In this document: piece after piece, positions 51,175-60,802 of the stretch
Layout of the letters: every line of letters begins with the position of its first letter
Numbering within the stretch: position 1 is the first letter of the stretch
Assembly (NCBI GenBank): GCA_040901675.1
Contig: JBBDYJ010000038.1
Coordinates: forward strand, 96,001-160,000
Length of the DNA stretch: 64,000 bases
From: Pirellulales bacterium
GTDB taxonomy: Bacteria > Planctomycetota > Planctomycetia > Pirellulales > JAICIG01
Direction: 5' to 3'
Translations under genes and position numbers: made by a program
Notes under the pieces: generated by a model
What the model was told of the DNA's origin: nothing
Database searches by the model: none
Seen by the model: only the letters and a program-made list of their open reading frames with translations

Positions 51175-54123
51175 CTAGTTGTTTCTCGGCGCCGGCATGC
51201 TGGCTTCAAAACCCGTCGGATCGAGTGCCATTGCTCGGCGACGAGCACTGTTCGCCTTTTGCGGTTGCCCCAAATGGTCGTAGTTGATCGCCAGATTCGT
51301 CCATAACGTGGCCGACGTCGGGAACCGTGTACACAACCGGTCGAAAACGGTTGTGGCATCGCCGAATTGTTTTCTCCGCCAGCATTCAACACCCACGCGG
51401 TTTCCCTGGGCGCAGACGGAACTTTCCGACGACGCGAGCAGGCGATCGAGCAGTTCAAGATCAAGGCGTTCTTTTAGCAGTATTTGATCGGCCAGCAGTT
51501 CGGGACTATGCGGATTTGTGCGGAGTCCGAATTCCACCATGGCCGCGGCAGTTTCGGTAAAGCCTGCGTCGCTGAACAGTCCTATGAGTTCGTGGAGACA
51601 CGTGACCTGTCGCGCGCCGCATCCCAGCCGGTCGAATCCTTCAATAAACCACTCCGCCCGCGCGGCAGCCAGTATCGACCGCTCGGTGGTCTTATCCCCG
51701 CGGAATTGATACAAATGCCGCGCAGCAGTGAATTCTAGTTGCATATTGCGGTCGAGATTGCGGCGCTCGGAGCCATCGGCAGCAACCAATCTCTGAAGCC
51801 CTCCTTCGTCGAGAACGATGCGCGTCAACAGCAGATTCCTAACGTCGGTCGTTCCGAAGTATCGATTCAGATCGGATTGCATCGCAGGCGAGCCATCGAC
51901 AAGTTGCTGTGCCGCCTCAATGGCCGTTGCATCACGATCGAGCGGCTGGTTGGACGCCAGTAAGATTGTGTCGCCGTTGGAAATGCGAACGAGCTGGTGA
52001 TGAGGGAATACATCGCGCATCGTGCGGACAATCATTGCGTAGTCTTGGGGGGAGAAGCAGTAGGTCTGGATCCATTGCGCAAAAATGCCGTTCGGGGCCA
52101 GCTTCCGGCTCGCGATCCAATAAAACTCTGCCGTGAAGAGGTTTGAAACGCCGGCGATCCAGGGATTCGACGGTTCCGAAAGGATCAGATCGTACCGGTC
52201 GGCTGTCCCCTGGACATACGCCCGCGCGTCGTCGTAGACCACCGTGAAGTGGGGCGATTTCAGCGGCTCATGGTTGACCTTCGCGAAATGCGGCGCTGCG
52301 GCGACGATCGCTGGCTCTATCTCGCAGCACGTCACGCGCGATTCCGGGAACAAGAGGGCCGTTCCGCAAGTCGTGCCCGTTCCGAATCCGACGACGAGAA
52401 CGTTTTGGGCATCTGGATTCAGGAACCGTGGGAAATATGCCAATCCTAGCTGCATGGCCATATCGCCATGGCTGCTGCCGTCTACCTTACCGTTGACTCG
52501 AAATGAAGTCGAGTCCCCCTGTTTCGTGACGAGAACATTGCAGGAAGCCCCCTCTTCGTAGAAAAGCACTTCCGCTGATCTCTCGGCGGGGCTGCTGTAG
52601 CCGTATAGAAACATGCCCATGTTGGTGAGCCGCGGATCCTCGCGACCGCGAGAAAACTGTGCGACGGCAAGCCCAACCAGGAGCATTACTAGATACGGTT
52701 TGACGCTCCTGCAGCCAGAGTCTGCGACTAGCAGGGCTACTGGCACGAGGTAAAGGACTAGCGCAAGCGACACGATCAGGCGCGTGCCCAACGTCGGCAC
52801 AAGCCATACGGATGTTCCCACGGCGCCGACCAGCGCTCCCACGGTATTGCAGGCGTAAACGGTTCCGACCGCGAAACCGGCCCTCGCCGCGGACCGCCGG
52901 GTACATTGCACAAGAATCGGAAACAGGGCCCCCATTGCCATCGCCGGAAGGAATACGAGCAGCATGCTGGCCGCGAAGTAAACCAAAGCATTTACGACAC
53001 CATTTGTCCTAAGCGGTATTGACAAACCGACGCAGTCCGCCACAAACGGCAGCAACCAGACTCCCACGATTGTGCTGAAGACCAGGCCCGCCACGACGTA
53101 GAACAGTAGCGCGACGACACGATTGTCTTCAGGGATCGCCTTCTGCAATAATAAGCTTCCTGTCCCGATTCCCGCGAGAATGACAAACAAGACCGCGGTG
53201 AACGCGTAAGTCGAGCTTCCCAGCACGAGGGCCAACTGGCGGTTCCAAACCGTCTGCAGCATCAGTCCAGCGCACCCCACCAGACCGGCGACAACGTACG
53301 TCGCCTTCACAGAGACGGCGTAACCGAATCTGCTGTCTGCGGCGCGTGCGTCGGCGGCCGGAGCGGTTGCGCTGCTTGCGAACAGAACGGTTAGCGGCAG
53401 GCGATACGCAGTGCTGATCGCGGCGATTCCGACGGCAAGATTCGCCATTGCCGTGGCGACATTGGTCCAGAACAAGCCCAGCTCCGGAAGTACGTGGAAT
53501 CCGACCAGGTAACAGCCGAGCGCCGCTCCCAGCGTATTGATTCCGTAAAGCCATCCCGTCGCTTGTCCTAACCCCGAACGTGACGCGAATTGGCGTACCA
53601 TTAAAGGCAACGTCGCTCCCATAAGCACGCACGACGGACCAATTACCGCAAGCGTTGTGGCACAGCGCAGCAAGGCATACGCGATGGGGAAGTCCCGCAA
53701 ACTCGAGTAGTAATCCACGGAAACACGCCACACCAGATTAGTTCCAGTTGGAATCAACAGCGCCAGCCCGCCCACGCCGATCTCGAATACGCCGTACCAG
53801 ACCACGGGCCGGGCAACGCGGTCGGCAATCGCCCCCCCACACCTGGCGCCGATTCCCAACCCCAGCAAAAACGATCCGACGACCGACGCCATCGCCAGCG
53901 TCGAGCTACCCCAGACATGCGAGAATTGCTTGAACCAGATGACCTCGTAAGACAGCCCGGTCATTCCCGATAGAAAGAACAGCGTCGACAGCGTCCTCGA
54001 CCGAGCATCCCAACGAGGCTGTTGCGTAATCGGCAGCCATGAATTCCGCGAGAGTTCTCCTGTGGCAGCCTGGAGACTAGCACTAGCCAGGGGACCGGCC
54101 ATACAATGAGGAGAGGCAGCCAT
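51175..54123 (-). CDS. Fused multi-TM / spermidine-synthase-like protein with C-terminal TPR
   Basis: Two TM blocks (LSYEVIW...; [10 protein letters not shown]), [23 protein letters not shown] and SEPSNPW, then a TPR-like tail. Start uncertain (ORF to 54321). Confidence 0.85.
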   Translation of the reverse strand: MAASPHCMAGPLASASLQAATGELSRNSWLPITQQPRWDARSRTLSTLFFLSGMTGLSYEVIWFKQFSHVWGSSTLAMASVVGSFLLGLGIGARCGGAIADRVARPVVWYGVFEIGVGGLALLIPTGTNLVWRVSVDYYSSLRDFPIAYALLRCATTLAVIGPSCVLMGATLPLMVRQFASRSGLGQATGWLYGINTLGAALGCYLVGFHVLPELGLFWTNVATAMANLAVGIAAISTAYRLPLTVLFASSATAPAADARAADSRFGYAVSVKATYVVAGLVGCAGLMLQTVWNRQLALVLGSSTYAFTAVLFVILAGIGTGSLLLQKAIPEDNRVVALLFYVVAGLVFSTIVGVWLLPFVADCVGLSIPLRTNGVVNALVYFAASMLLVFLPAMAMGALFPILVQCTRRSAARAGFAVGTVYACNTVGALVGAVGTSVWLVPTLGTRLIVSLALVLYLVPVALLVADSGCRSVKPYLVMLLVGLAVAQFSRGREDPRLTNMGMFLYGYSSPAERSAEVLFYEEGASCNVLVTKQGDSTSFRVNGKVDGSSHGDMAMQLGLAYFPRFLNPDAQNVLVVGFGTGTTCGTALLFPESRVTCCEIEPAIVAAAPHFAKVNHEPLKSPHFTVVYDDARAYVQGTADRYDLILSEPSNPWIAGVSNLFTAEFYWIASRKLAPNGIFAQWIQTYCFSPQDYAMIVRTMRDVFPHHQLVRISNGDTILLASNQPLDRDATAIEAAQQLVDGSPAMQSDLNRYFGTTDVRNLLLTRIVLDEGGLQRLVAADGSERRNLDRNMQLEFTAARHLYQFRGDKTTERSILAAARAEWFIEGFDRLGCGARQVTCLHELIGLFSDAGFTETAAAMVEFGLRTNPHSPELLADQILLKERLDLELLDRLLASSESSVCAQGNRVGVECWRRKQFGDATTVFDRLCTRFPTSATLWTNLAINYDHLGQPQKANSARRRAMALDPTGFEASMPAPRNN

Positions 54124-54236
54124 GTCATCTTGACGAGCAGAACCAGGCCCAGGGCGCAAGCTGGCTGCACCAGCGCGCGTACCGCCGAGAGTTGCATCCA
54201 TCGTCACTGACAGCTCAGAGGGCTCGGTCCCCACGC

Positions 54237-55301
54237 TCAGCCCTTCTTGCGCCAGAAGAATCTCGCCAAGCAGCCCACGCAAATTAGCGTGAGCACAAAG
54301 GCATTCAGCACTAGCAGCCATCTAGGGCGAGGGGCCCCTTCCGGAGGGGTCGCAGAGCGCAGGCCGACTTCGACCGCCTTCTCCCCATCCCAGATCCTAT
54401 TGGCGCGCGTGGGATTGGGCTGGATGTATACTGCCGTCCCGATGGGCACATTCAGCGAGGATGCCTTGAACAATTCCGGCTTCAACGCCTCGTTTATCGA
54501 GAAGACTTCGATCGTTTCCTCTTGGCGAGTCTGGACTTTGCCGTCGACGGTTTTTTCATACACGCTCGCGAACGGAAACCAGATTCCACTGTCCTGCCAT
54601 TCTCGAACCTCCGTCTCCGTACGAACTCTTACTGGCACGGCGCCGTCCAGATAGTCGAGCCGATACTCGAGGATGGAGTAACCCATCGTGGGGGCCACCC
54701 AAATAGTGTGTTTGTTGTCCGTAGAGTCATAAGCACGATCAAGCCGAAAGGAGATCTTCTTGCAGCGAACTGCACGAAGCACATCGTCTTCCATTTGCCG
54801 ATCGACAAACCTGGGATTCCGCAGAACGTCCGTCATCGGAATGGACATCTGGGATCCCTCCGGATGCCACGCAATCCAGCGGATGTCAGCGGCTCTTATC
54901 TTATCGTCCCGGGTTTGCGTCGGATCAGAAGCGGGCAGAACAAACTCCAGAGCCCGCTTTGCGCCATTTGCAGACTGCTTGGTCCCATACATGATCTCTT
55001 CGTTGTCACCCCAGATAAGATACCCGTCGTAGTGATCACTGGTAAGCCCCGGGAAACGCTCGTGCGCAGCATAGAGCGATCGCAAATCTGCCCGCTGGCG
55101 GTCGCCATCGAGGTAAGATGTGAACATCAGTACCTCTTGGCCTGACCCTCCTATCGGATAGCGAAAAGAGACGCGAACATGCCAGCGTTTAATGGCCAGT
55201 CGATTCGCAATCACTTTTTCCTCTACGGCCGCAATCTCATCGTCAGCAGTAGTGCCGACAAAGGCGATGGGTAGGAGAAGAGCTACGAAGCCTCCCATCA
55301 A
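54237..55301 (-). CDS. Secreted hypothetical protein with a C-terminal TM anchor and basic tail
   Basis: Signal peptide, beta-rich body (IWVAPTMGY, SGIWFP), and C-terminus WLLVLNAFVLTLICVGCLARFFWRKKG; RBS AGGAG. Confidence 0.75.
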   Translation of the reverse strand: MMGGFVALLLPIAFVGTTADDEIAAVEEKVIANRLAIKRWHVRVSFRYPIGGSGQEVLMFTSYLDGDRQRADLRSLYAAHERFPGLTSDHYDGYLIWGDNEEIMYGTKQSANGAKRALEFVLPASDPTQTRDDKIRAADIRWIAWHPEGSQMSIPMTDVLRNPRFVDRQMEDDVLRAVRCKKISFRLDRAYDSTDNKHTIWVAPTMGYSILEYRLDYLDGAVPVRVRTETEVREWQDSGIWFPFASVYEKTVDGKVQTRQEETIEVFSINEALKPELFKASSLNVPIGTAVYIQPNPTRANRIWDGEKAVEVGLRSATPPEGAPRPRWLLVLNAFVLTLICVGCLARFFWRKKG

Positions 55302-55417
55302 TAACTCCTGGACTCTGACGTGGACTCGAACGGCAGCAACACCCGCGTACCCAACGGCCGCCCGCGACCTGGCCGCGTCTGGCGGTCACAGCCCTTCGCG
55401 AGATGGTAAATCAAAGC

Positions 55418-55798
55418 TCAGTCACCTGTTTCACAAGGGACTGTCTTTTGCGGATTCACGTCATGCTCCTTAGTTATGTTGTTATTAGCCTTGCAAACCT
55501 TCGTGAACGTAGTCCAAATACACGGATGATACGTGTAGCAGACGACCGTACTGTCGGTGTCAACCTCCACCTTAGTGCCTTCCTGCTTCTCCGAGCTCAA
55601 GGGCTGCGTTTTCGACTCCACAAGCTCCCTGTTGTTTGTACAAGTGCTTCCCGTTCCCACGCATCCGTTAGGGACGGTCTCGCATTTGATGCGCTTATCC
55701 CTCACGTCTGGACACGCCGCCAGCACGACGCACGCCTGAATAATTAACGCCACAACCACGAATCCACTAATCCGGACGAATCTGGATTCCGTCGTCAT
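55418..55798 (-). CDS. Small secreted Cys/Thr-rich protein (8 Cys in the mature part)
   Basis: Strong RBS AAGGAG; signal peptide ending VLAA; about 98-aa mature region with 8 Cys and 15 Thr. Confidence 0.75.
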   Translation of the reverse strand: MTTESRFVRISGFVVVALIIQACVVLAACPDVRDKRIKCETVPNGCVGTGSTCTNNRELVESKTQPLSSEKQEGTKVEVDTDSTVVCYTYHPCIWTTFTKVCKANNNITKEHDVNPQKTVPCETGD

Positions 55799-55856
55799 CG
55801 ATATTCTCCTTCCACGGAAAGGAAACAAACGCCTGTTTCAGAAGGGGGGTACGCGC

Positions 55857-56558
55857 CTATTGCGAGACAACCGTTAGGGGAATCCTGACGGTCCTTTCTG
55901 TCGGACAGTCGGTTAGGATCGTCAACTCCGGGGTTAAACGCACGTCGTCGGTCCAGTGCTCCGGGAGGAAGGCAACCTCTACCGTATGGCTCGCGCACGT
56001 CAGTACTCGGAACGCTGGGTGCGAGCAGTTAGCCCCTACGATCTTTACAGGAGAATCCGGGGTACTCGACTTCAGCCGAACGCCTTCGAATTCGGCGGTT
56101 GTTTCGGCAAACTCCAAACGGCGCGGTTCGTAATTGAAGAAGGGGATGACGTCCGCTTCCATCCGCAAACGGAGCTGCTTAAGTGCCGAGTCTGGCCCAA
56201 GGGTGTAGAAGACGACAAATTCGCTATTGGACTGTCCTCGCAACCCGCTGGTGTTCCAGTCGCATTCAACCGCAACCCCTTCGCCCGCGGCGAGTTCTTT
56301 GCGACTGAATCTGACGTCGGCGCATTGACAGGACTTAACGACATGCACAATTCGGATCGGAGCGTTGGAGCTGTTGATAAGCTCGAACTGCGCCCGCGCT
56401 TGTCCCTGCATCACGGGCCCAGCGGCATAAACGGCATTCACCGCGTGTAGTCCAGGCACCGAAGGGGGCTGGAACGCAAGACGCGTCGACCAGAGGGAAA
56501 GACCTCCCGACCCGATGCCCAGAATCAGCAGTAATCCTCGCGAGGCGAAGGCCTTCAT
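55857..56558 (-). CDS. DUF1573 (Ig-like) domain protein
   Basis: N-terminal TM/signal, FELINSSNAPIRI..VVKSCQCA, and a second Ig-like domain. Confidence 0.8.
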   Translation of the reverse strand: MKAFASRGLLLILGIGSGGLSLWSTRLAFQPPSVPGLHAVNAVYAAGPVMQGQARAQFELINSSNAPIRIVHVVKSCQCADVRFSRKELAAGEGVAVECDWNTSGLRGQSNSEFVVFYTLGPDSALKQLRLRMEADVIPFFNYEPRRLEFAETTAEFEGVRLKSSTPDSPVKIVGANCSHPAFRVLTCASHTVEVAFLPEHWTDDVRLTPELTILTDCPTERTVRIPLTVVSQ

Positions 56559-56843
56559 CGTACAACCCGCCGGAGGCGATGTGCCGTTGGATCGTCAAGT
56601 CGTAATATTGGCGGTGGCTGGTACATAAGTCAAGTAAAAAGAATCGTAAAGAATCGTTCTGTCGCAACTCAGCGTCCGGGGTCGGCTGCTGCCTTGCCGG
56701 CCAAACTGGTTCAAATCCGGGGCAAAGCGCTGGGACAGGCTGGAACACCGACCGGAGGTCAACCCCGGCAAATCCAATCTCCCCCGCGGATTGCCCCAAA
56801 GTTCTGGCTTGCATTTTTCCCGCTCCGCCCCACGTGGGCGGCA

Positions 56844-57836
56844 TCATTCGTCTTGAGGCCCGCGGGCGCCAAATTGCCCCGAATGCCCTTTGATGCCCCC
56901 TGAGAGTGAACTCGAAGTCACCATCCCGTTTCTCAGCGTGACGATCGCAGGCGTAGAAACAAACCATTTCTGGCCATCGTCAAGTCGACCATGTCGAAAG
57001 TGCGGTGCAGATACGGAAAGAACCCGGAAATCGCGGTAGGGCGGTATCTCGATCAAAGCGATTGACCATGCGGTTGACCCCGACTTAACTTCTGCGGCCA
57101 ACTTCTCGCAGTCGGCAAGCGCTTCTTGACATTTCTGGCAATCATAGTGGTAAAACAAGACCGTCCAACTGCCGCGAGAGAGGTCTTCGCCGATGTCGAT
57201 GTCCGCGAGTAATGGCAATCTCTTGCCGATCAACCGCTCGGGCTGAAAGACGTGAACCTCGCCGGCGAGGCCAGTCGCCCATCCGCCGCTCGTAAAGAGA
57301 CCGGCTGAAAAGCCCATCAGAACACAAGCGAAAAAAGGCACGACCCCCACTGCAGGGGCCCCAGCGACGGTGGATGCCACGGCGTCAAGCTGCCCCGGCT
57401 TAGATTCGGCTGGAGTTGTTCCTTGGGGAACTGGTATCGGCACAAAAAACAGGGCGGCGAGTGCCGTGAGATCGAGTACCAACGTAGCCCATGGGCTGAC
57501 GGATACACCTCCAAAACATCCACACGAGGGCAGCCCGCGAAGGGCAACAATCAACGAGTAGGCGCCGAAACCGCCAAAGGTGGCGAGCGATACTCCCCAG
57601 GCAGCGCGAGGCCGGAGGCCGGACAAAAGCCAAATGCCCAGGATACATTCGAACCCCGCCAGGCCACCGATTGCCAGCCAGCGGAAGCTGACAACATGCG
57701 CCTCAGCCGATGCGACCGTGGGAAGGTGATATCCTTTCAGCCCGGCGGCCGCCAGCAGAATGACGCCAAGCACCACGCGGACCAAGTGGTGAACCCTGAT
57801 CGGAACAGCACTCAGGGTCGTCGGGCAGCGTGCCAT
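56844..57836 (-). CDS. MauE/DoxX-like membrane domain fused to a thioredoxin-like CxxC domain
   Basis: LGVILLAAAGLK, E..LG.WLL, SCGCFG (MauE), then WTVLFYHYDCQKC and STP (Trx-like). Confidence 0.78.
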   Translation of the reverse strand: MARCPTTLSAVPIRVHHLVRVVLGVILLAAAGLKGYHLPTVASAEAHVVSFRWLAIGGLAGFECILGIWLLSGLRPRAAWGVSLATFGGFGAYSLIVALRGLPSCGCFGGVSVSPWATLVLDLTALAALFFVPIPVPQGTTPAESKPGQLDAVASTVAGAPAVGVVPFFACVLMGFSAGLFTSGGWATGLAGEVHVFQPERLIGKRLPLLADIDIGEDLSRGSWTVLFYHYDCQKCQEALADCEKLAAEVKSGSTAWSIALIEIPPYRDFRVLSVSAPHFRHGRLDDGQKWFVSTPAIVTLRNGMVTSSSLSGGIKGHSGQFGARGPQDE

Positions 57837-57969
57837 GCTGAATGTGCTCTCTCTGGTCCGCCAGATAGCCGATGTCTCTGGCCACGAGCCATGTAAGGCA
57901 AGAAACTACCAGCGTTGGGAAGAAAGTCAAATACGGCGGAGCGACTGCCGTGGACTCCTTCCGTGAGGT

Positions 57970-58125
57970 ATTCGGAGGGCGCCGATCGCGGGCCTGCCGC
58001 GACCATCTCGGCTGGCATGAGATTCGCGCCTACAGCATCGACATCGACGCGACCGTTCTCGGCGAAAGGGCCGAACACAAGTAATAAGGACGCCGTCCGA
58101 ACAGGTGGCCATTGCGGCCGAGGTC
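57970..58125 (+). pseudogene. Degenerate ParB-N fragment resembling the adjacent ParB-like gene
   Basis: GGRRSRACRDHLGWHEIRAYSIDIDATVLGERAEH* and, after a frame change, TPSEQVAIAAEV align with YGRRRLRVCDQLGWKEIPALIIDIKAIVLAEHAEN...TLSERVTIAAEV. Confidence 0.65.
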
Positions 58126-58226
58126 ACGGCCACCACTGGAACTAGCCCGCAAGGCCTGACGGTGGCCACCTGCCGATTGGCTCGCCGCCACCCCCCGTCC
58201 GGGGCAATCTTGAGCCCTTCTCCGAA

Positions 58227-58252
58227 AAATTCCTGAAATCTTTCAGGAATTT
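58227..58252. promoter_or_regulatory. Palindrome with perfect 12-bp arms (candidate operator or parS-like site)
   Basis: AAATTCCTGAAA-TC-TTTCAGGAATTT, about 140 bp upstream of the ParB-like gene. Confidence 0.5.
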
Positions 58253-58390
58253 ATGTCAGGTTTTTCGGCCCAATCTCGACTACTAAGGCGGGGTCTGGCG
58301 GCTGCACCTGTGGGCGACCAAATCCCCCGAGACAGGTCCGGTTGCCGGATCGCTCGAAAACCTTAGACCCCGAAAGGAGTTGCTTAGGCC

Positions 58391-59752
58391 ATGGAACTGC
58401 AAACTGTCGAGATTAGCACGATTGAAATCGGCGAGCGCCACCGCAAGCAAATGGGGGACACGAAAGGGCTTGCCCAGAGTATCAAGGAGATCGGCCTGCT
58501 GCAGCCCATCGGGATTACGCCCGAGCGGCGGCTCCTCTACGGAAGACGCCGCTTGCGGGTCTGCGACCAGCTCGGCTGGAAAGAAATTCCGGCCCTCATC
58601 ATCGACATCAAGGCCATTGTTCTCGCCGAACACGCCGAGAACGAGTTCAGGAAAGCACTTACGCTGTCGGAGCGCGTGACGATTGCGGCTGAGGTCAAGG
58701 CCGCCCTGGCCGAGCGGCGGGGCAACCCTTCAATTCGTCACACACGTGACGAATTGAAGGGCCGCACGGACGAGTTCCTCGCAACCTCGGCCGGCTTCAG
58801 CAGCCGGGGGAGCTACCAGAGAGCCAAGACGGTGGTTGAGAAAGGGACGGCGGAGCTCGTCCAGGCCATGGATGAAGGCACGATCCCCCTCTCCACGGCC
58901 GCGGCCCTGGCCCATGCGCCACCCGAAAAGCAAAAGCGGGAGCTCAGCGCGCCCCAGATCCGGAAAGCTGCCGCCGCCGAGCGGCGCAAGCGGTCCAAGA
59001 AAACCCGCCGTGCCCGCGTGCGCGAGGAGCATGCCACGCCGCCGGACCCGCCGTTCGAGCTTCGCGGCGCCGGCTGGAAGGTCACGTCGGCCCAGGAAGC
59101 GGTGCCGTGCGAGCTGGTGCTGGTGCGGCTGCCGTTTTGCGAGCCGGAGGAGCCGTGGACCAGTGCCGAAGTCCGCGCGTCGGCCGAGGAAGCGTGCAAC
59201 CGCTGGACAGTCTGCGGGGCGGACCACTTCGCGGTTTTCTGGACGCCGGAATTGGTGTCAGAGGGGCAAGCGTGGCTCGACGAGTGGCTGTGCGGCTACC
59301 AGTACCACCAGGTGCTGATCAGCCAGGCGCGCACAACGGCGTACTGCGGCAGCAGCGTCGTCTTTGGCCGCTGCTGGCAGCCGATCTTTGTCTATCGGCG
59401 GGCCGGGATGGCTCGGCATGCCCGATCGTCCGCCACGACATTAGACCTCCACTTGCACACGTGTCAAGCAGGCGGCGGGCGTGCGCCGCCTGGCGCTGGA
59501 CCGTTGGGGCCAGAATCGGAATCGACCGAAGCCGACCAGAATCTGACTTCGGTGATGGGCTGGCTGATCGACAACCTGACGCGGCGTCGACAAAAGGTCG
59601 CGTCGCTGCTCTGCGGCCGCTGTGCCTGCGGAGCTGCCGCTGTTCGCCTCGGCAGGGCGTTTCATGGAGTCGACACCGATCGCCAGCGGATCGCCAAGGC
59701 CGCCGAACGGCTCACGCGAGTCGCCGAGACAGTGAAAGCCAAGCCTCGTTAG
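58391..59752 (+). CDS. ParB-N domain protein fused to a degenerate N6/N4 DNA methyltransferase-like domain
   Basis: LAQSIKEIGLLQPI, GRRRL and EN..RK.LT.SE (ParB); the C-terminus resembles MTase ends (WLIDNLT...AAVRLGRAFHGVD...AAERL); RBS AAGGAG. Confidence 0.75.
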   Translation: MELQTVEISTIEIGERHRKQMGDTKGLAQSIKEIGLLQPIGITPERRLLYGRRRLRVCDQLGWKEIPALIIDIKAIVLAEHAENEFRKALTLSERVTIAAEVKAALAERRGNPSIRHTRDELKGRTDEFLATSAGFSSRGSYQRAKTVVEKGTAELVQAMDEGTIPLSTAAALAHAPPEKQKRELSAPQIRKAAAAERRKRSKKTRRARVREEHATPPDPPFELRGAGWKVTSAQEAVPCELVLVRLPFCEPEEPWTSAEVRASAEEACNRWTVCGADHFAVFWTPELVSEGQAWLDEWLCGYQYHQVLISQARTTAYCGSSVVFGRCWQPIFVYRRAGMARHARSSATTLDLHLHTCQAGGGRAPPGAGPLGPESESTEADQNLTSVMGWLIDNLTRRRQKVASLLCGRCACGAAAVRLGRAFHGVDTDRQRIAKAAERLTRVAETVKAKPR

Positions 59753-59964
59753 CCGACAGCGTGCCACGGCAATTGTAAAATTGGATCTGCAAAGCCATCG
59801 AGCGCCTCGCGGAGTGATCATCTCCCCGCAGGCGGAACCGTGCTGTAAGTCCGCCTCCCGTGGACCTTCTGCCTGTCCTCGGACACTCCGCCTCCGGCCA
59901 AACCTACCCTCCCGGCTTCTGCCCTCGCCGCTCAATATTATGAACAAAACTGTGTACATGCTAC

Positions 59965-59994
59965 TTGACATTCAGCCACCACCCGCGGTATAAG
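59965..59994 (+). promoter_or_regulatory. Sigma70-like promoter within an inverted-repeat region
   Basis: TTGACA-N18-TATAAG; TACTTGACATT (59962) is the reverse complement of AATGTCAAGTA (60060). Confidence 0.45.
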
Positions 59995-60311
59995 GGTAGT
60001 GGTTAGCGGGTTCTCCTGTGGCGGGTTTCCAACACGGGACGTAAAGACATTCTGTCATAAATGTCAAGTAAATACGCCAAAGTCGACATCAGTTGCAAGC
60101 CGGGCTCGGATGCGTGTGTAGGCAGCACGTACGCGACCTGCCGCAGGGGCCAGGATGTCCCAGCTTCGTCCAGCCGCATTTCCTTCTGCATTCCGCCGTC
60201 TGCGCTCGTTCCCCCTGCCCACACTCCCCTCCTCCGCTTGATCGCTCTAGAATGGGTGGCGGATGGCATGCTGGCACGGACCGGCATAACGACACGGGCG
60301 GCATTCATCTT

Positions 60312-60650
60312 ATGGATGACTCATATCCGCTGGAAACGACGTGCCAGGCGGTGAAGGCCCGCTTGGACGCGGGCGACGGCTTTGTGCTCTTGGACTGCCG
60401 CGAGCAGGACGAGCACACGTTGGTGCACATCGAGGAGGCCCGCTTCTTGCCGATGAGCCAGATGATGGCCCGCGCCGCTGAGCTGGAGCCGTTCCGCGGC
60501 CGCGACATCGTGGTGCATTGCCATCATGGCGGCCGCAGCCTGCAGGTGGCCGCCTGGCTGCGCCAGCAAGGATTTCATCGCGCGCAGAGCATGTCCGGCG
60601 GCATCGACGAGTGGGCCGAACAGATCGACCCGCGGCTGACCCGCTACTGA
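60312..60650 (+). CDS. Rhodanese-like domain protein
   Basis: LLDCRE..E, HI..A, VHCHHGGRS and SMSGGIDEW...IDP...RY. Confidence 0.9.
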   Translation: MDDSYPLETTCQAVKARLDAGDGFVLLDCREQDEHTLVHIEEARFLPMSQMMARAAELEPFRGRDIVVHCHHGGRSLQVAAWLRQQGFHRAQSMSGGIDEWAEQIDPRLTRY

Positions 60651-60651
60651 T

Positions 60652-60780
60652 GTAGCTGGATTCGCCAGAATTCAGGTCCTGTTCGTCGTGATCCGTGCGG
60701 TGACGCCGACACGGCCTGAATTCTGGCGAATTCAGCTACGGTCAGAGCAACGGCCTGAGTTCTGGCGAATTCAGCTACGG
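60652..60780. repeat. REP family C cluster (one forward, two inverted copies)
   Basis: GTAGCTGGATTCGCCAGAATTCAGG, then CCTGA(A/G)TTCTGGCGAATTCAGCTAC twice. Confidence 0.85.
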
Positions 60781-60802
60781 GCAGGGTGAAGCCCAGCGTG
60801 CC

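Noticed and set aside
56559..56843. Possible small gene or riboswitch between MauE-Trx and DUF1573
   Set aside because: I recognised no convincing ORF or RNA motif; an Rfam search would be needed.
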